Shown here: positions 1-18,333 of the stretch, piece after piece
How the letters are laid out: every line of letters starts with the position of its first letter
How positions within the stretch are numbered: position 1 is the first letter of the stretch
Assembly (NCBI GenBank): GCA_002633005.1
Contig: NMRA01000676.1
Location: forward strand, 162,030-203,285
Reading direction: 5' to 3'
DNA: 41,256 nt
Origin: Phoronis australis
Taxonomy: Eukaryota > Animalia > Phoronida
Made by a program: the position numbers and the translations under genes
The notes under the pieces: generated by a model
Databases searched by the model: none
The model's input: the letters and a program-made list of their open reading frames with translations, nothing else
Told to the model about the DNA's origin: nothing

Positions 1-149
1 AGTAGAAATTTGTTTCTGGCATTCTAATGCTGTGCTAATCTCGTATGTTGGTAAATTTGTTTTTAATTCTATGTTTCTGTGGTGCTTTAAGCAACTGGTG
101 TATAGGATGTGCTTGTATTATGAAGATTACTCACATTTTGCCCCTAGCC

Positions 150-296
150 TATTGAGGAGACAATGACCATGCCTTTCCATTTTGCAAAGTATGCCCTCTA
201 CTGGCCACTTTATGGTACCAATAAACAACCCCTAGAAGGATACCGTATGCGGTGCAATTGTGGGCGCATTTCAACGCTCCGCGTTGCTCTTGTGTT
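150..296 (+). mobile_element. 3' end of a Helentron-associated (HINE/DINE-1-like) non-autonomous element, copy A
   Basis: 260-296 (GTGGGCGCATTTCAACGCTCCGCGTTGCTCTTGTGTT) is the exact reverse complement of 32051-32087: a subterminal repeat, a CAACGC/GCGTTG hairpin and a CTCTTGT end. The 5' boundary is uncertain. Confidence 0.7.
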
Positions 297-1087
297 ATAA
301 TGTGCTAGGTAATGCAGTTATTGAATCTGTGGGGGAGTTGTATTCTCTCCCTAGTATTGCTCAAGTATGTTTGTTCGATAGAACTTAGGTTGATAACAGC
401 AAGTACAGCTGCGACTGTACTAGTACAGTAGAACTTCTGTGAACTTCAAAGTTTGTAGACGTCCATCCCTAACTTTAAAATTTCTGATACTCACACTTTC
501 TTGTGGTGTAGGTATTCTCTTTTTTGTTGATCTGAGGAAATGTAGGACTCTTGAGAAATGTCCAAGATGGGCGTATTTTGGAACTTCATATCTCAGAATT
601 GGCTGATGGGATTCATATGAAACTCACAGCTTTGAAAAGGAATTGTTATTAAAACCCTCCACTTTTGGGCGAGGGGCTATCAAAATAGAACATTAATGAT
701 TTTTATGAAGAAACTCGAAAGTTTATAAAATTGAGATGGAACAGTATTTTGGAAAACTGAGGCGTTACAGAGATTTCATCTTGAAGATTTACATCAAGTG
801 AAGTTTGGTCATTTTATTGATACCATTGTCTTGCTTCCTTTGTACCTCACTTTTTTAAATATTTCACTAAAAAACAAAGTCATGTGACCCAGTTAATGAA
901 AGCTTGATACTGAGTTAGAAATCAAATGCTCTACAGACATCAGAAAATAAGAATTTTTAGATAGCTAATTTCTCAAGTTATGCCTAAATGCACTGGCTTT
1001 TCAATAAGGTCATACATAATCTTAATGATTTTTTTCCTGAAAATTTATTACTTCATGTGGGAACCCAGATGTTTTGTTCTTGTTCAG

Positions 1088-8472
<7,385 letters not shown>

Positions 8473-9387
8473 TGTGAAGAAGATAAGGAGACAGAGGACC
8501 TTGTTCAGCTGGGGCATACTCACCATCCATGTGTTGAAATAACAGTGGTGGAGTGTATAACCGTGTTATCACAAACTGTGGATTACTTTCCATGTTGCGA
8601 ACAGCTTAAGGACTGCACTTGTGTGGAGTCTGCTAAGTGTGTTGATTGTATCCACGGTATTCTTCGCAACATGCTCAAATGTTTCGCCGTGACCTGTTTG
8701 GTAAAAGTTGCCACACATTTGAATCGCCCATGACCTACTGGTAAAAATAGCTACCAGTTGAGAAAAAGGCATCTTAGTTATAGTAAATGCCTTAACCGCT
8801 TTAAATTCGGCTTAACAACAACTGAACATCACCCAGTTAAACTAGATAAAGGCTAGGTGGGCAGTTGTCTTTAGCCTTGTCTTTTAACTGCAAGTATGTT
8901 GGCACTGTCCGACATCACTGGCCTCCGTCACATTTGGGACTCGAGTTTTCAGTTGTCGACGGTGAGATTGACGTTTGGGTTAAGCTTAACCTTGGTCTGT
9001 GTTCTGAGTGTACAAGAGCGCGAGGACTATGAAACGTGGGTGAGAAAAAGTAAATTGGTGTCATTTCTTGTCGTTGCTTGTATTCAGAGGAAGCCATTTT
9101 TAAGGATTTTTGGTGGATACTGTTCCACTAAGAGCTTTAAAATATAAGATTTGACCATTATGTTCAGGTAAAACGCATGAAAAGATTTTTTCCCACTAAT
9201 CGTTCATAGATCAGTTTTGTGCTGCATGTAAAGATTCATTTCAGTTTTCTTGAGTGGACGAATCTCTGAAATATGGAAGTTAGTGTACATATTGATTAGA
9301 TGTTGTGGTTACATTAATTTGTATGTAAATGTAGATAGGCAGCCTCTGTATATTTGTAAAATAAGTTGGGCGTTTACACATTTTAGA

Positions 9388-9393
9388 AATAAA
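9388..9393 (+). terminator. Probable poly(A) signal of RBM5
   Basis: AATAAA ~915 nt after the stop, preceded by TGTA-rich sequence and followed by GT-rich sequence. Further AATAAA at 9902 and 10031. Confidence 0.55.
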
Positions 9394-10058
9394 TCATGAC
9401 TGTTATATCAAGTTGAATGTTTGGTCTTACTACTAACCCGGTATGCCATGTTCAAACAAAACTGAAAGCGCAGCAAGTCCGTCTTAGTGCCAAACTAATA
9501 ATCTCCATCAAAATCCTGGAAATCAAAGTTACTTGTAAACCTTGCACTTGTGTCCAAAACAACTTCCTAGTTCCTGGACATATTTGCACGTCCAAAATTG
9601 CATTATTGCCTTCTTGTCATATGTCAGAAATGAACTATTACAATAATTCACCTAGAAAAATCCAGGGTATTGTGCCAATTTTTTGAGTCTCACGCAGAGC
9701 CTCATCTGTGGCTAGAACAAACAATTCCAGAAATCACTTCAAAACCGAGTGCAGTCATTTCCATACTGGGAGGGTCCCTCGTTTCACTGTAACTCCATTG
9801 CCTGTGCAAATGCAGGTCTTCAGTTCAACAAATCTACAATTTTGACATTAGAAACTGATTCTTCAGGCTCAAAGGGCAACCCTACACTCTACAGGTTGTG
9901 AAATAAAAAATGGGTTTAACCAGCATGGAGGTGTCTGAGCAAAGGTTGCATGTGACTACGTGAACACATGCATTTCTACTAGGACCCTTGTTTCGCTAGC
10001 GTTACCCAGTGAATTTCCAAGTGGCCCACTAATAAAACGAGACCAGTTTCTATAAACT

Positions 10059-10064
10059 TTTATT
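10059..10064 (-). terminator. Candidate poly(A) signal of AMT
   Basis: TTTATT on + (AATAAA on -) ~2 kb after the AMT stop. Alternatives near 10332 and 10922. Confidence 0.4.
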
Positions 10065-12066
10065 AGCACTGAATTCTTAATTCTCAATTATCAAAACAAT
10101 TAACATACAGTGCTTAAGTGGAAGTCACAACTCGACAAAATTTGAACAAAATTGTATATGTGCCACATGCAATGTATATGGATGATGTCACTCCCAGATT
10201 ATTGTTCATGCTGCGTGAAGCACAACGCTCAACTTGATGACATCAAAGTAATAACACAACGAAACTTTAAAAAGACATTTCATGCTTGGAAGTACCTCAG
10301 TATCTATATGGTCAGGCAATGACAACACCCTTTTATTAATAGTTGTATCATGACGTCATGGGCAGTCTTCAAAAATGATTTTCAAGTTCTACTTTTTCAA
10401 AGGAGGGAACAATTCTGGTTATAACCCTGTACACCTCAGTCCTGAACCAGCACACACCAAACGCCAGAAATCCCCAGACCTGTGCCCCTAAACACAAAAA
10501 ACTAAGGGTGTGACGATTTATCGAATTGTAACCGAATCGTGATGAAGGAATGACGGATATCGATACACCAAGGCTCACTTCCATGCAATTCTAAGTTACA
10601 AAAGGATTCTCAGATAGTTACACCTGTTTTTGCATCTTTTGAAAGAGCATTATTGCGATATTGAACAAATAGCTAAGGATCATAAATTTGTTGGCATCTT
10701 ATTATATTTAACAATTTTGTTGCTAGAATCTGAATAAGAGGAACGTTTAAGAGAAAAACTTAATGAAACAGGATCGAATCGAAAATAATCGACTCCCTAA
10801 AAATGTTAAACATCGCAAAACTACTCGCAATTCCTCACATGGACTGGTCTCCGGGACAACAATTTGGTCTCCTGAACTGGAGTTTGGTCACTGAGTATGG
10901 AGCATTTTAAGAGCAAATGAATTTATTGACTGCAGCTTTGGGGAATTAACCAGCAGGTTTGTTGTCTGGTGGATTGGGACTGGAATTAAGGGAATCCTAG
11001 CTGGAATTGAGACCTGCGGCCACGCAATCCTTCCTAAGCACTTTATATCTGGAAATACGGAGTATTACTTTTAGCCCAGGAACAGAATAATTTATGCTCA
11101 GTATTCAACAAAAATATCACTTGCAACACGTCTGCAACTTGCAAAATTATACAATATTTAGTAAAATTTCATGGTTGTATTTTTCAGGATAAATCTCAAA
11201 ACCTTCATGTGGATACCATTCAGAGTAATCGTATTTCCCAAACAATTTTAACCCTCACTGCGAGGATACCTTCACAAATTGCATGTGTGAAAACTAAACA
11301 AGAACTTTATCCCCATTTGCACTCATTCTGGAAAAGCAAGCAGCTACTTGAATACCCACTCACTCCGTTTTATCACTCAGTACAACAAATAAAAACAATA
11401 CTCCATTTTAGCAGAGGAAAAGACAAGAGTGTCTTAATAGATTGCGTTGCTCGTCAACTGTCGTGCTGGTCTTGAACCGCTGGTCATTCAGGCATGCAAC
11501 TTCCCCAAACCGTGTCATTTTTACCATGAGAGTATCCTTAATGCCTGAGCATAGGCGGGCTGCATTACTGTTCCATTGCCAAAACTTACCATTTATGCTT
11601 CACAACAATAGTACCAATCACCACGGTAATAATGAAGTATATTTTTTCAACATTTAGTTGTACTTTGTTTAGTTGACGAAATCATATGCAATCAATTTTT
11701 ATGCTTTGTGCTCAAAGGAAGACTTTCAAGAAGCAATGAAGACCATCACAAGTGATGGGCGACACTTATCGCCACCTGGCTACACCAGACAGTACTACAT
11801 CTTCACACAGGCTGATACACCAGAACAAATTTAACCTCCAGAAAAATCCCGTATACAATATGTGCGATTAGACGCGATGCATTTTAAACAGAAGTTAAAT
11901 TGCCTCCTCATCCTCTAGAGGTCACTAGTATCCAATCCTATGTGATCAGTTACCATGTTTGCTACTTGAAAGTCTCCCACAGAAGAAACTTCACAAAGAA
12001 TCGCCATCAAGTAAGTACGGCCATGGCACATAGTTAACACATTTCAGCAATGGGATTCTTTAACCA

Positions 12067-15000
12067 CTAAAGCAGCACCTTTTCAGCCTTCTTTTGCACG
12101 AAATATCTGCACTGTACAAATGGCATCTTTACAACTTCGCCTTCCACCATTTTATTACGCACTTCGAATCGGACACGAGAGCCTGGTTTTGAGTGAGCGG
12201 ACTGAAGGTAACCCATGGCGATGTTGTGCTTCAAACTAGGCGACGGGCAGCCGCTCGTCACTTCCCCAATATGGTAACTTCCCGTTTCATCATATATGAG
12301 AGTACCGCCTAAATAACGAGCAAACGTAATCATAAGACAAAATATTGAGTTGAGATTTGGCATACGAGTAAAGCAAACAAAGTGAAACAATAAAACAGCT
12401 GTATTTCATTGGACCAAATTTCCAACTGAAACACAGAATGCAGACGATGCTAAATGCTACATCACTCCAACCAACACTGTTATTTGGACTTACTTCTCAC
12501 AGGTGGACCTTTTGACTTGAAGCCAACACGTTTCCTCAGGGGTTTTTCTTTAAGTTCTTTTAGTATTTTGTCAGCACCAGGGAAGTCTTGCTTCTCTCTC
12601 CGTTCCTTTCCTGCAAGTTTTCACGTCATTTACAGAGTTATTCTCGGCGAGAAAAGCAATTTTACAGAAATTAGCAGCAAGGCAGAATCCAACTCAATAG
12701 CAGCCGAATGCTCCGACATTGAGCCAAACATTTAAGAGCAGCGTATTTTAAGCGTGCAGGCTTCGATTTCAACAAATGTCTAGGAGACAAGTACAAAAAA
12801 CAGGCACTTTGTAAAAAAACACAAAACAATTGATTTTCTTTTATAGCTTAGGTCAAAGTCTAACTCCAAGATGTGTGTTTTTAGCTGTAAAACCAGTAAA
12901 TGTCCCTTTGACAAAAGGTCTAGGTAGTTGATTTCAGACACACTTTGGTAGCTAATACAACATGGAATCTGAACTTTTATCAAGTTTTGCGCAAAAAAAA
13001 TAAAATTACATCTCAGAAAATTACCAACAAGCTTTGTCAGAAAAAAAAGATCATGCGATTACTCAAGTCTCAAGGAATATTTTTTAATCAAATTATGATC
13101 CTGTGGTCATCTAAGATTCCAAAAATATAAAGTTTTATTAGTTGTCAACAAGGAGCTGAAGTCTTTGAAATAGTACAACTTTAAAGGTAATCAAGGTATC
13201 CAGTTTCCCCATTTTAAAAAGTTACAAGAAAAAGTAAAAGGCAGGTGATTGGAGCAATAAAATGGACCAGAATGGCCTAACGTGGTCCATATCAAAACCG
13301 CACACTACCTATTGTCCACGCTAGTCCTGCTTCAACAGGTGTGGTATTTTCCCAGATATCACTGCCGTAGAGACACAGCCCTGCCTCCAGACGCAGGGAA
13401 TCTCTAGCTCCCAGGCCTGCCAGTTGCACCTTGCCATGTGGACTGTTGAGAAGCTGTTCCGCGATTTGCTGGGTTTTGTCGGGCTCACACGAAATCTGTA
13501 CAAAACGAAAATCACGGTTCTGTTGTACAAAACGTGTTTTAGGTCGATGCGCTCAATTTTAACGTTTCAAAGCATTTTCGCGTATTTCTTTTTACAGGGA
13601 AATGTTTTTCAGGTAGCCACTCAAAGTTCTATACGTTTCAAGTACTAAAAAGGTGTACTGTACGCTATTTAAATATGACTTACTGCGGATATTCCGTTTC
13701 ACACAATGGCAAGTATGGGTAGCTTTAACTTGATTTTGCGATAATCACAAACATGAAGTAAGGTTCTAAGTTAAAACATCTTTAATCCTACAGTTGTATT
13801 GTAGTTGGAACCAAGCGCATTAGTGGTGTTTTTGACTGAATAAGTCTCTTCAATTTTATTTCATCTTACTTTGAATGTAGTTGTTCTTTACTCGCATATT
13901 GTAGACAGCCACCTGTTGGCTTACCTCTACGCCATCTTCACCCGTGTAACCACACCGGCTCACCCGACAGTTGGGGACACCAAATACTGTAGTGACTGCC
14001 GTGTGCATGAAGGACAGCTGGTCAAGGTTGACGTCCACCCCAGGCTGAAGGACACTGGCCATCTCTGGACCCTGAACGGCCAGTAGAGCGTCACACTTCA
14101 CGTGCACATTGACGTCATAACCTTTGTCACGAAAGTCCTCCGCTGAAGTCTGAAATTGTCGTTTTCATTTCTATATTACTATCAACATTACTATTACAGC
14201 ACATAGCATTATTCTGTGTTACCGTCCCAAGTTATCGTTTCACTGTCATTTTTATTCAATTTTAAAGGTGGGCATTCCCAATGTTTAGCTGGCTAAAAAT
14301 CAAAATTGAATTGGGCATTTTACTCTCATAAAATTAGTCTCATAAATACTCCTTACACACAAGAACATTCAAACCATCAGTGACTTGAGAAAATGCTTCA
14401 GACTTTATTGGGGTAGGTTAGCCCTAGTAAGCATTTCCAATGGCTTGAATTGGTAATGGAAATGGAATCCTATCACGGTCAGGAGTATTACGAGATAAAT
14501 TGATGACAATTAATGGTATTTAAGCAGGTAAACTGGGTGAAATGCAGCTTTCAACCAGTCATCAAACATGACTGTTGCTTACCAATCCTAGCAAAGTTCA
14601 ATGTATTCTTGTAATACGTCTTAACTGTACTCGAATGTGATAACTTTGATTAAGAAAATCAAACAGCATAACAGCAAAACCAGACAACATAACAACAAAG
14701 AGACTTGTTTGGTTTACTTGTCATATTACGCCAATACTCAACAGAGGGTGTCTAGTCTTGAAACCATATTCCAAAAGTCATTTAACCGTTCACTAACCAA
14801 CAATAAATCTTCATCATTTTCTGCGCAGGCAGCGTTTGTCACCACATATAGATAATCCTCTGTGGTGTTTGTCACTATCAGATCATCCAGAATTCCACCA
14901 TACTCATTTGTAAACAAAGTCAATATCCCTTGGTTGTCATTTAAACCGCTCACATCACCTACGACCAAGCTCTCCATGAACTTGACGCGGTCGCGTCCCG

Positions 15001-17692
15001 TGATGTGAAACTGGCACATGTGCGACACATCAAACAGACTGGCGTGCGCGCGGGTGTGCAGATGTTCCTTGTTGACACCTGCTGGGTACTGCACTGGCAT
15101 GCTCCAACCTGCAAAAGGAACCATCTTGCCGCCATGTTCCAGGTGAAAGTCGTACAGACAGGTTAGCTTTAGGTCAGCCTCCCACATGGAATTCTGAAAA
15201 ATAAGGTAAACAAATAAGAACATCAGAAACTAGATAGACCAACAGCTGTGGGGGAACACATATTGGTGACTGGGCATTCAATCTCTCTTGCGTCATCCAG
15301 GATCCTAGCCAAAGAACAACACTGGTATGCTCGCAAGCTAAAAGAGTCGATAAACCTCAGCATTCGGCACCCTCTCTTCAATCGGGACCGAGGCCTCCAC
15401 CTACCTCCCATGTATTCAAACATTCTTAACCAGCGAAACGCGGGAAATCACTCATTCATTGACAAAGACCTGGTGGACCAGGTCGATACGTCTGCAAACA
15501 ACCTATCACGTCTCTAAGTAAGTGACCATCTTATACTTTACTACAAATAATGAACGAGTAAGCTCAGAAGACTATTCACACTAAGGGAGCCATAAAAACA
15601 CCATCAACCTAAGTAAACAATAACGGAACTATAAGTTACTCATTTCAATGAAGCTTTGTCATGCAAAAAAACAATATTATAGGTGTGCCATAAGCAACTT
15701 ACTGTTGTTACTCCTGATAGATGGGCAATTCCATTTGTGACGGACGTACAATCAGAAAACATTTTGATTAGTTGTGAAAAAAAATTCATCCAAGGAAAAT
15801 AATTCATACATCAATTGTTAGGTCTCATTGATAACCTTCAAACCATGTATGAATTTTTCTCCAATCTTTTTACCTGACTGAGAGAATTGCCTTTACAGGG
15901 CTGTGACAGACGTACATAGAGAATTTGATTTTTTTAAATAAATCTCTAACATCAAATTTTTGTGAGTTGCATTTAGTTACAATTTTTTGTTTTATATGAT
16001 GATTTAGTGGAATGTTTGCAAAGTACAGCACATTAATTTTATGATATCTGATAAATTTTTGTTAGACATCTCGATGTAAGTTGAGTGCGTGTGACGGGCA
16101 TAAGTGACGAACGTACACTCTGAATTTCTAGTACTAAATTGTTTGTTGTGACTCAGATATCAATTTAGAATAATTCACACTTTTGCAGTATTTAAGATGT
16201 ATTTGCAACTGATTCAATGTTTTTTAATCAAAATGCACCGATTGAGAATGCACTCTAGGATTTAAAATTCTTACAGCCTGTTAATATCAGAGATCAGCTG
16301 AATAAGCTTAAAGTATTCGGCTGTTAGATCAGTCAGTTTTTAGGTAATTGGATACTTGAATATGAAAATTTGTTTTAGGCAAAACGTTGTCCTTAACCGC
16401 CACAAAATGGAGAGGTTGCGACACTGAGATGGGGACACTCCTCAACTGACTTACTTTTAATGGAACAAAGCTCACTACAAATATGCCAGGAGACAATTAT
16501 CTGTGAATAATACTTGACAATTAATACTTATTACCGACAAAACTATGATTACGAGAACCTTCCCATAGCTGTTCTGTAATTAATATGCATATTATGTGAA
16601 TCAGTTACCCAAGAGTTATGACAATTCTTACAAATGCTCAAGTACATTGTGCTGTAATAAAAATGATTGATTTGTATGTATTTAAAGGAAAAACATCAGA
16701 GGGGCAAAAGTTTACTGACAGTAAGACATAATCTATTTTTTTCTGGTTTTCATAGCTGGATAGACTATGAACTAATAGTACACAATGATAGTGCAGGGAC
16801 ATTGAGTACAAACATAAAAATATGAATTGTGAGAATTCGGAGCCAGGGATTTATTTCCTACAATAGGCAACAGTGTTGCAACTTGGTCTATTCAAGGCTA
16901 TTACCAGGGTTCAAATGGACTGAGAACAGTTTTTCTTTCTTTGCTCCAATGACACTAAAAATGGCAAGTCACAATACCTTCAAGTATTAGTGACTTGCCA
17001 TTAAAAAGTCTTAACTCAGAAATTGTTTTGTGATTGAAGTTCCAGCACAGAGTTGATATGTAGTTTCACTCCCAAGTGTCCAGGCACTTAATAAGTAAGT
17101 GGTGTCATTCCGAAGCTCAACAGCTCAAAGGTCATTGTAATTTTCCGTCCACTTCACAGATACCCTCTCAGGGATATTCCTGACCAGGTTTGACCATGTG
17201 TCCTATGGATGCGCACCTGATGACAAAAGTGAGCCTTTTTTCAAAAAATGTGCCCAGCTGACTTAGTGTAATTAAAGTAGTAACATATGAAACAGAAACC
17301 TCAATGGCAATAGAAGTAAGAAGAGTCATGTTTTATCTGACTGGCTGTAATAAGTAATTAAGTGCAAGTTGACAAGAATTCTGCATTTTTGGAAGTGTTT
17401 CGTTTAAAAAGATGCGCGCCCTGTTGCGATGTACTTGCGCCTTCTTATTTTTTGATGAGCTAATGGCACAAAGGTACAATCCAGGAATATCCCTGCTGCG
17501 ACTGCACGGTATTCAACTCTCAACATGACTGTAGAGTGTAGTCGTAGACTGCAACTTAGCGCAGTCTGGGCGAATCGCCGCGAATGTCATACGAAATGTA
17601 TTTACCTTACGAGTCGAAACTTTCATGACATAGCTGTTTGTCAATTTCAATGACGCAAATAAGCGACAAGCTGTCTTACTGAAGACACCCAT
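12067..17692 (-). CDS. AMT: Aminomethyltransferase, mitochondrial (glycine cleavage system T protein)
   Basis: Exons 17606-17692, 14798-15193, 13925-14149, 13309-13495, 12494-12610, 12067-12308 total 1254 nt, 417 aa. Motifs [78 protein letters not shown]. Exon 1 ([29 protein letters not shown]) is basic with no acidic residues, like a mitochondrial presequence. Confidence 0.96.
15218..15520 (+). mobile_element. 5'-truncated Penelope-like retroelement (C-terminal part of GIY-YIG endonuclease)
   Basis: Translation [20 protein letters not shown]...[19 protein letters not shown]...[19 protein letters not shown] fits the EH..SA(V)xEH..H..IL..E..W..RK.KE.I...NRD.G..L pattern of Penelope-type endonucleases. 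Antisense within AMT intron 1. Confidence 0.8.
15455..15495 (+). ncRNA. Degenerate Penelope-associated minimal hammerhead ribozyme
   Basis: TTGACAA-A-GACCTGG-TGGA-CCAGGTC-GATA-CGTC versus the core CTGANGA-stem II-GAAA-CGTC. Perfect 7-bp stem II, three core mismatches. Confidence 0.55.
16960..17002. repeat. Short inverted repeat (hairpin)
   Basis: AATGGCAAGTCAC-AATAC-CTTCAA-GTATT-A-GTGACTTGCCATT. Confidence 0.75.
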
Positions 17693-18333
17693 CACAGAAT
17701 AAAGATGCACCCGTCACGACAAAGCTAACTTGTTGGAATTACAGGATACGCCAAGGTCAAAGATTTGTTTTCATGAGGCATTGCAGGAAGTCTGTCTGTG
17801 CACATGCGTGCTGTCCCGTTAAGCAGGGGAGATAATATTTGCGGAAGCTAATCCTTTTTTGGTGTTAAAATGTAGTTGTTGGTCATGGTTGAAGTTTTCC
17901 TCACGCAACCTAGTAGTCGTTCAGAACGCGTGATTTGTAACAGACCCTATCTATAACGAAGCGAGAAGACATAAAGCGACACAATATTCAGTCTCTCCAA
18001 GATGGCAGCGCCCTGCTACAAGTCTCTTCGAAATAAATTTAAAAACCGCGCGTTGATTGGTCACAGTATTTTGACTTAAACGTAGGAAAATGTGACTGAA
18101 ATACAAATAGATGCTTATAGTCTCGTTGAATGACATTTTATTACAATTATGAATAACGAAAGACGTTTTGTGAAACAAATTTTTGACTGTTACTGGAGGA
18201 ATACTTAAAAAGATCATAATTGTTTACTGTGTAGGTAACATGGTATAAGCCAATCAAATGATATGTTACAAATTGGCAGTCGATACAGGAAGCGCTCAGA
18301 ACCTGAAGACTGTTGCCGAAGTAAAGCAGCAAA
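17693..18333. promoter_or_regulatory. Bidirectional promoter region of AMT and ING3
   Basis: The two start codons are ~640 bp apart head-to-head. Locally more CpG. YY1-like AAGATGGC at 17999-18006; CCAAT boxes at 18056-18060 (reverse) and 18250-18254. Confidence 0.7.

Noticed and set aside
148-308. Possible RBM5 poison exon (AG...GT bounded, contains a stop)
   Set aside because: Better explained as the end of the HINE-like element; no independent support.
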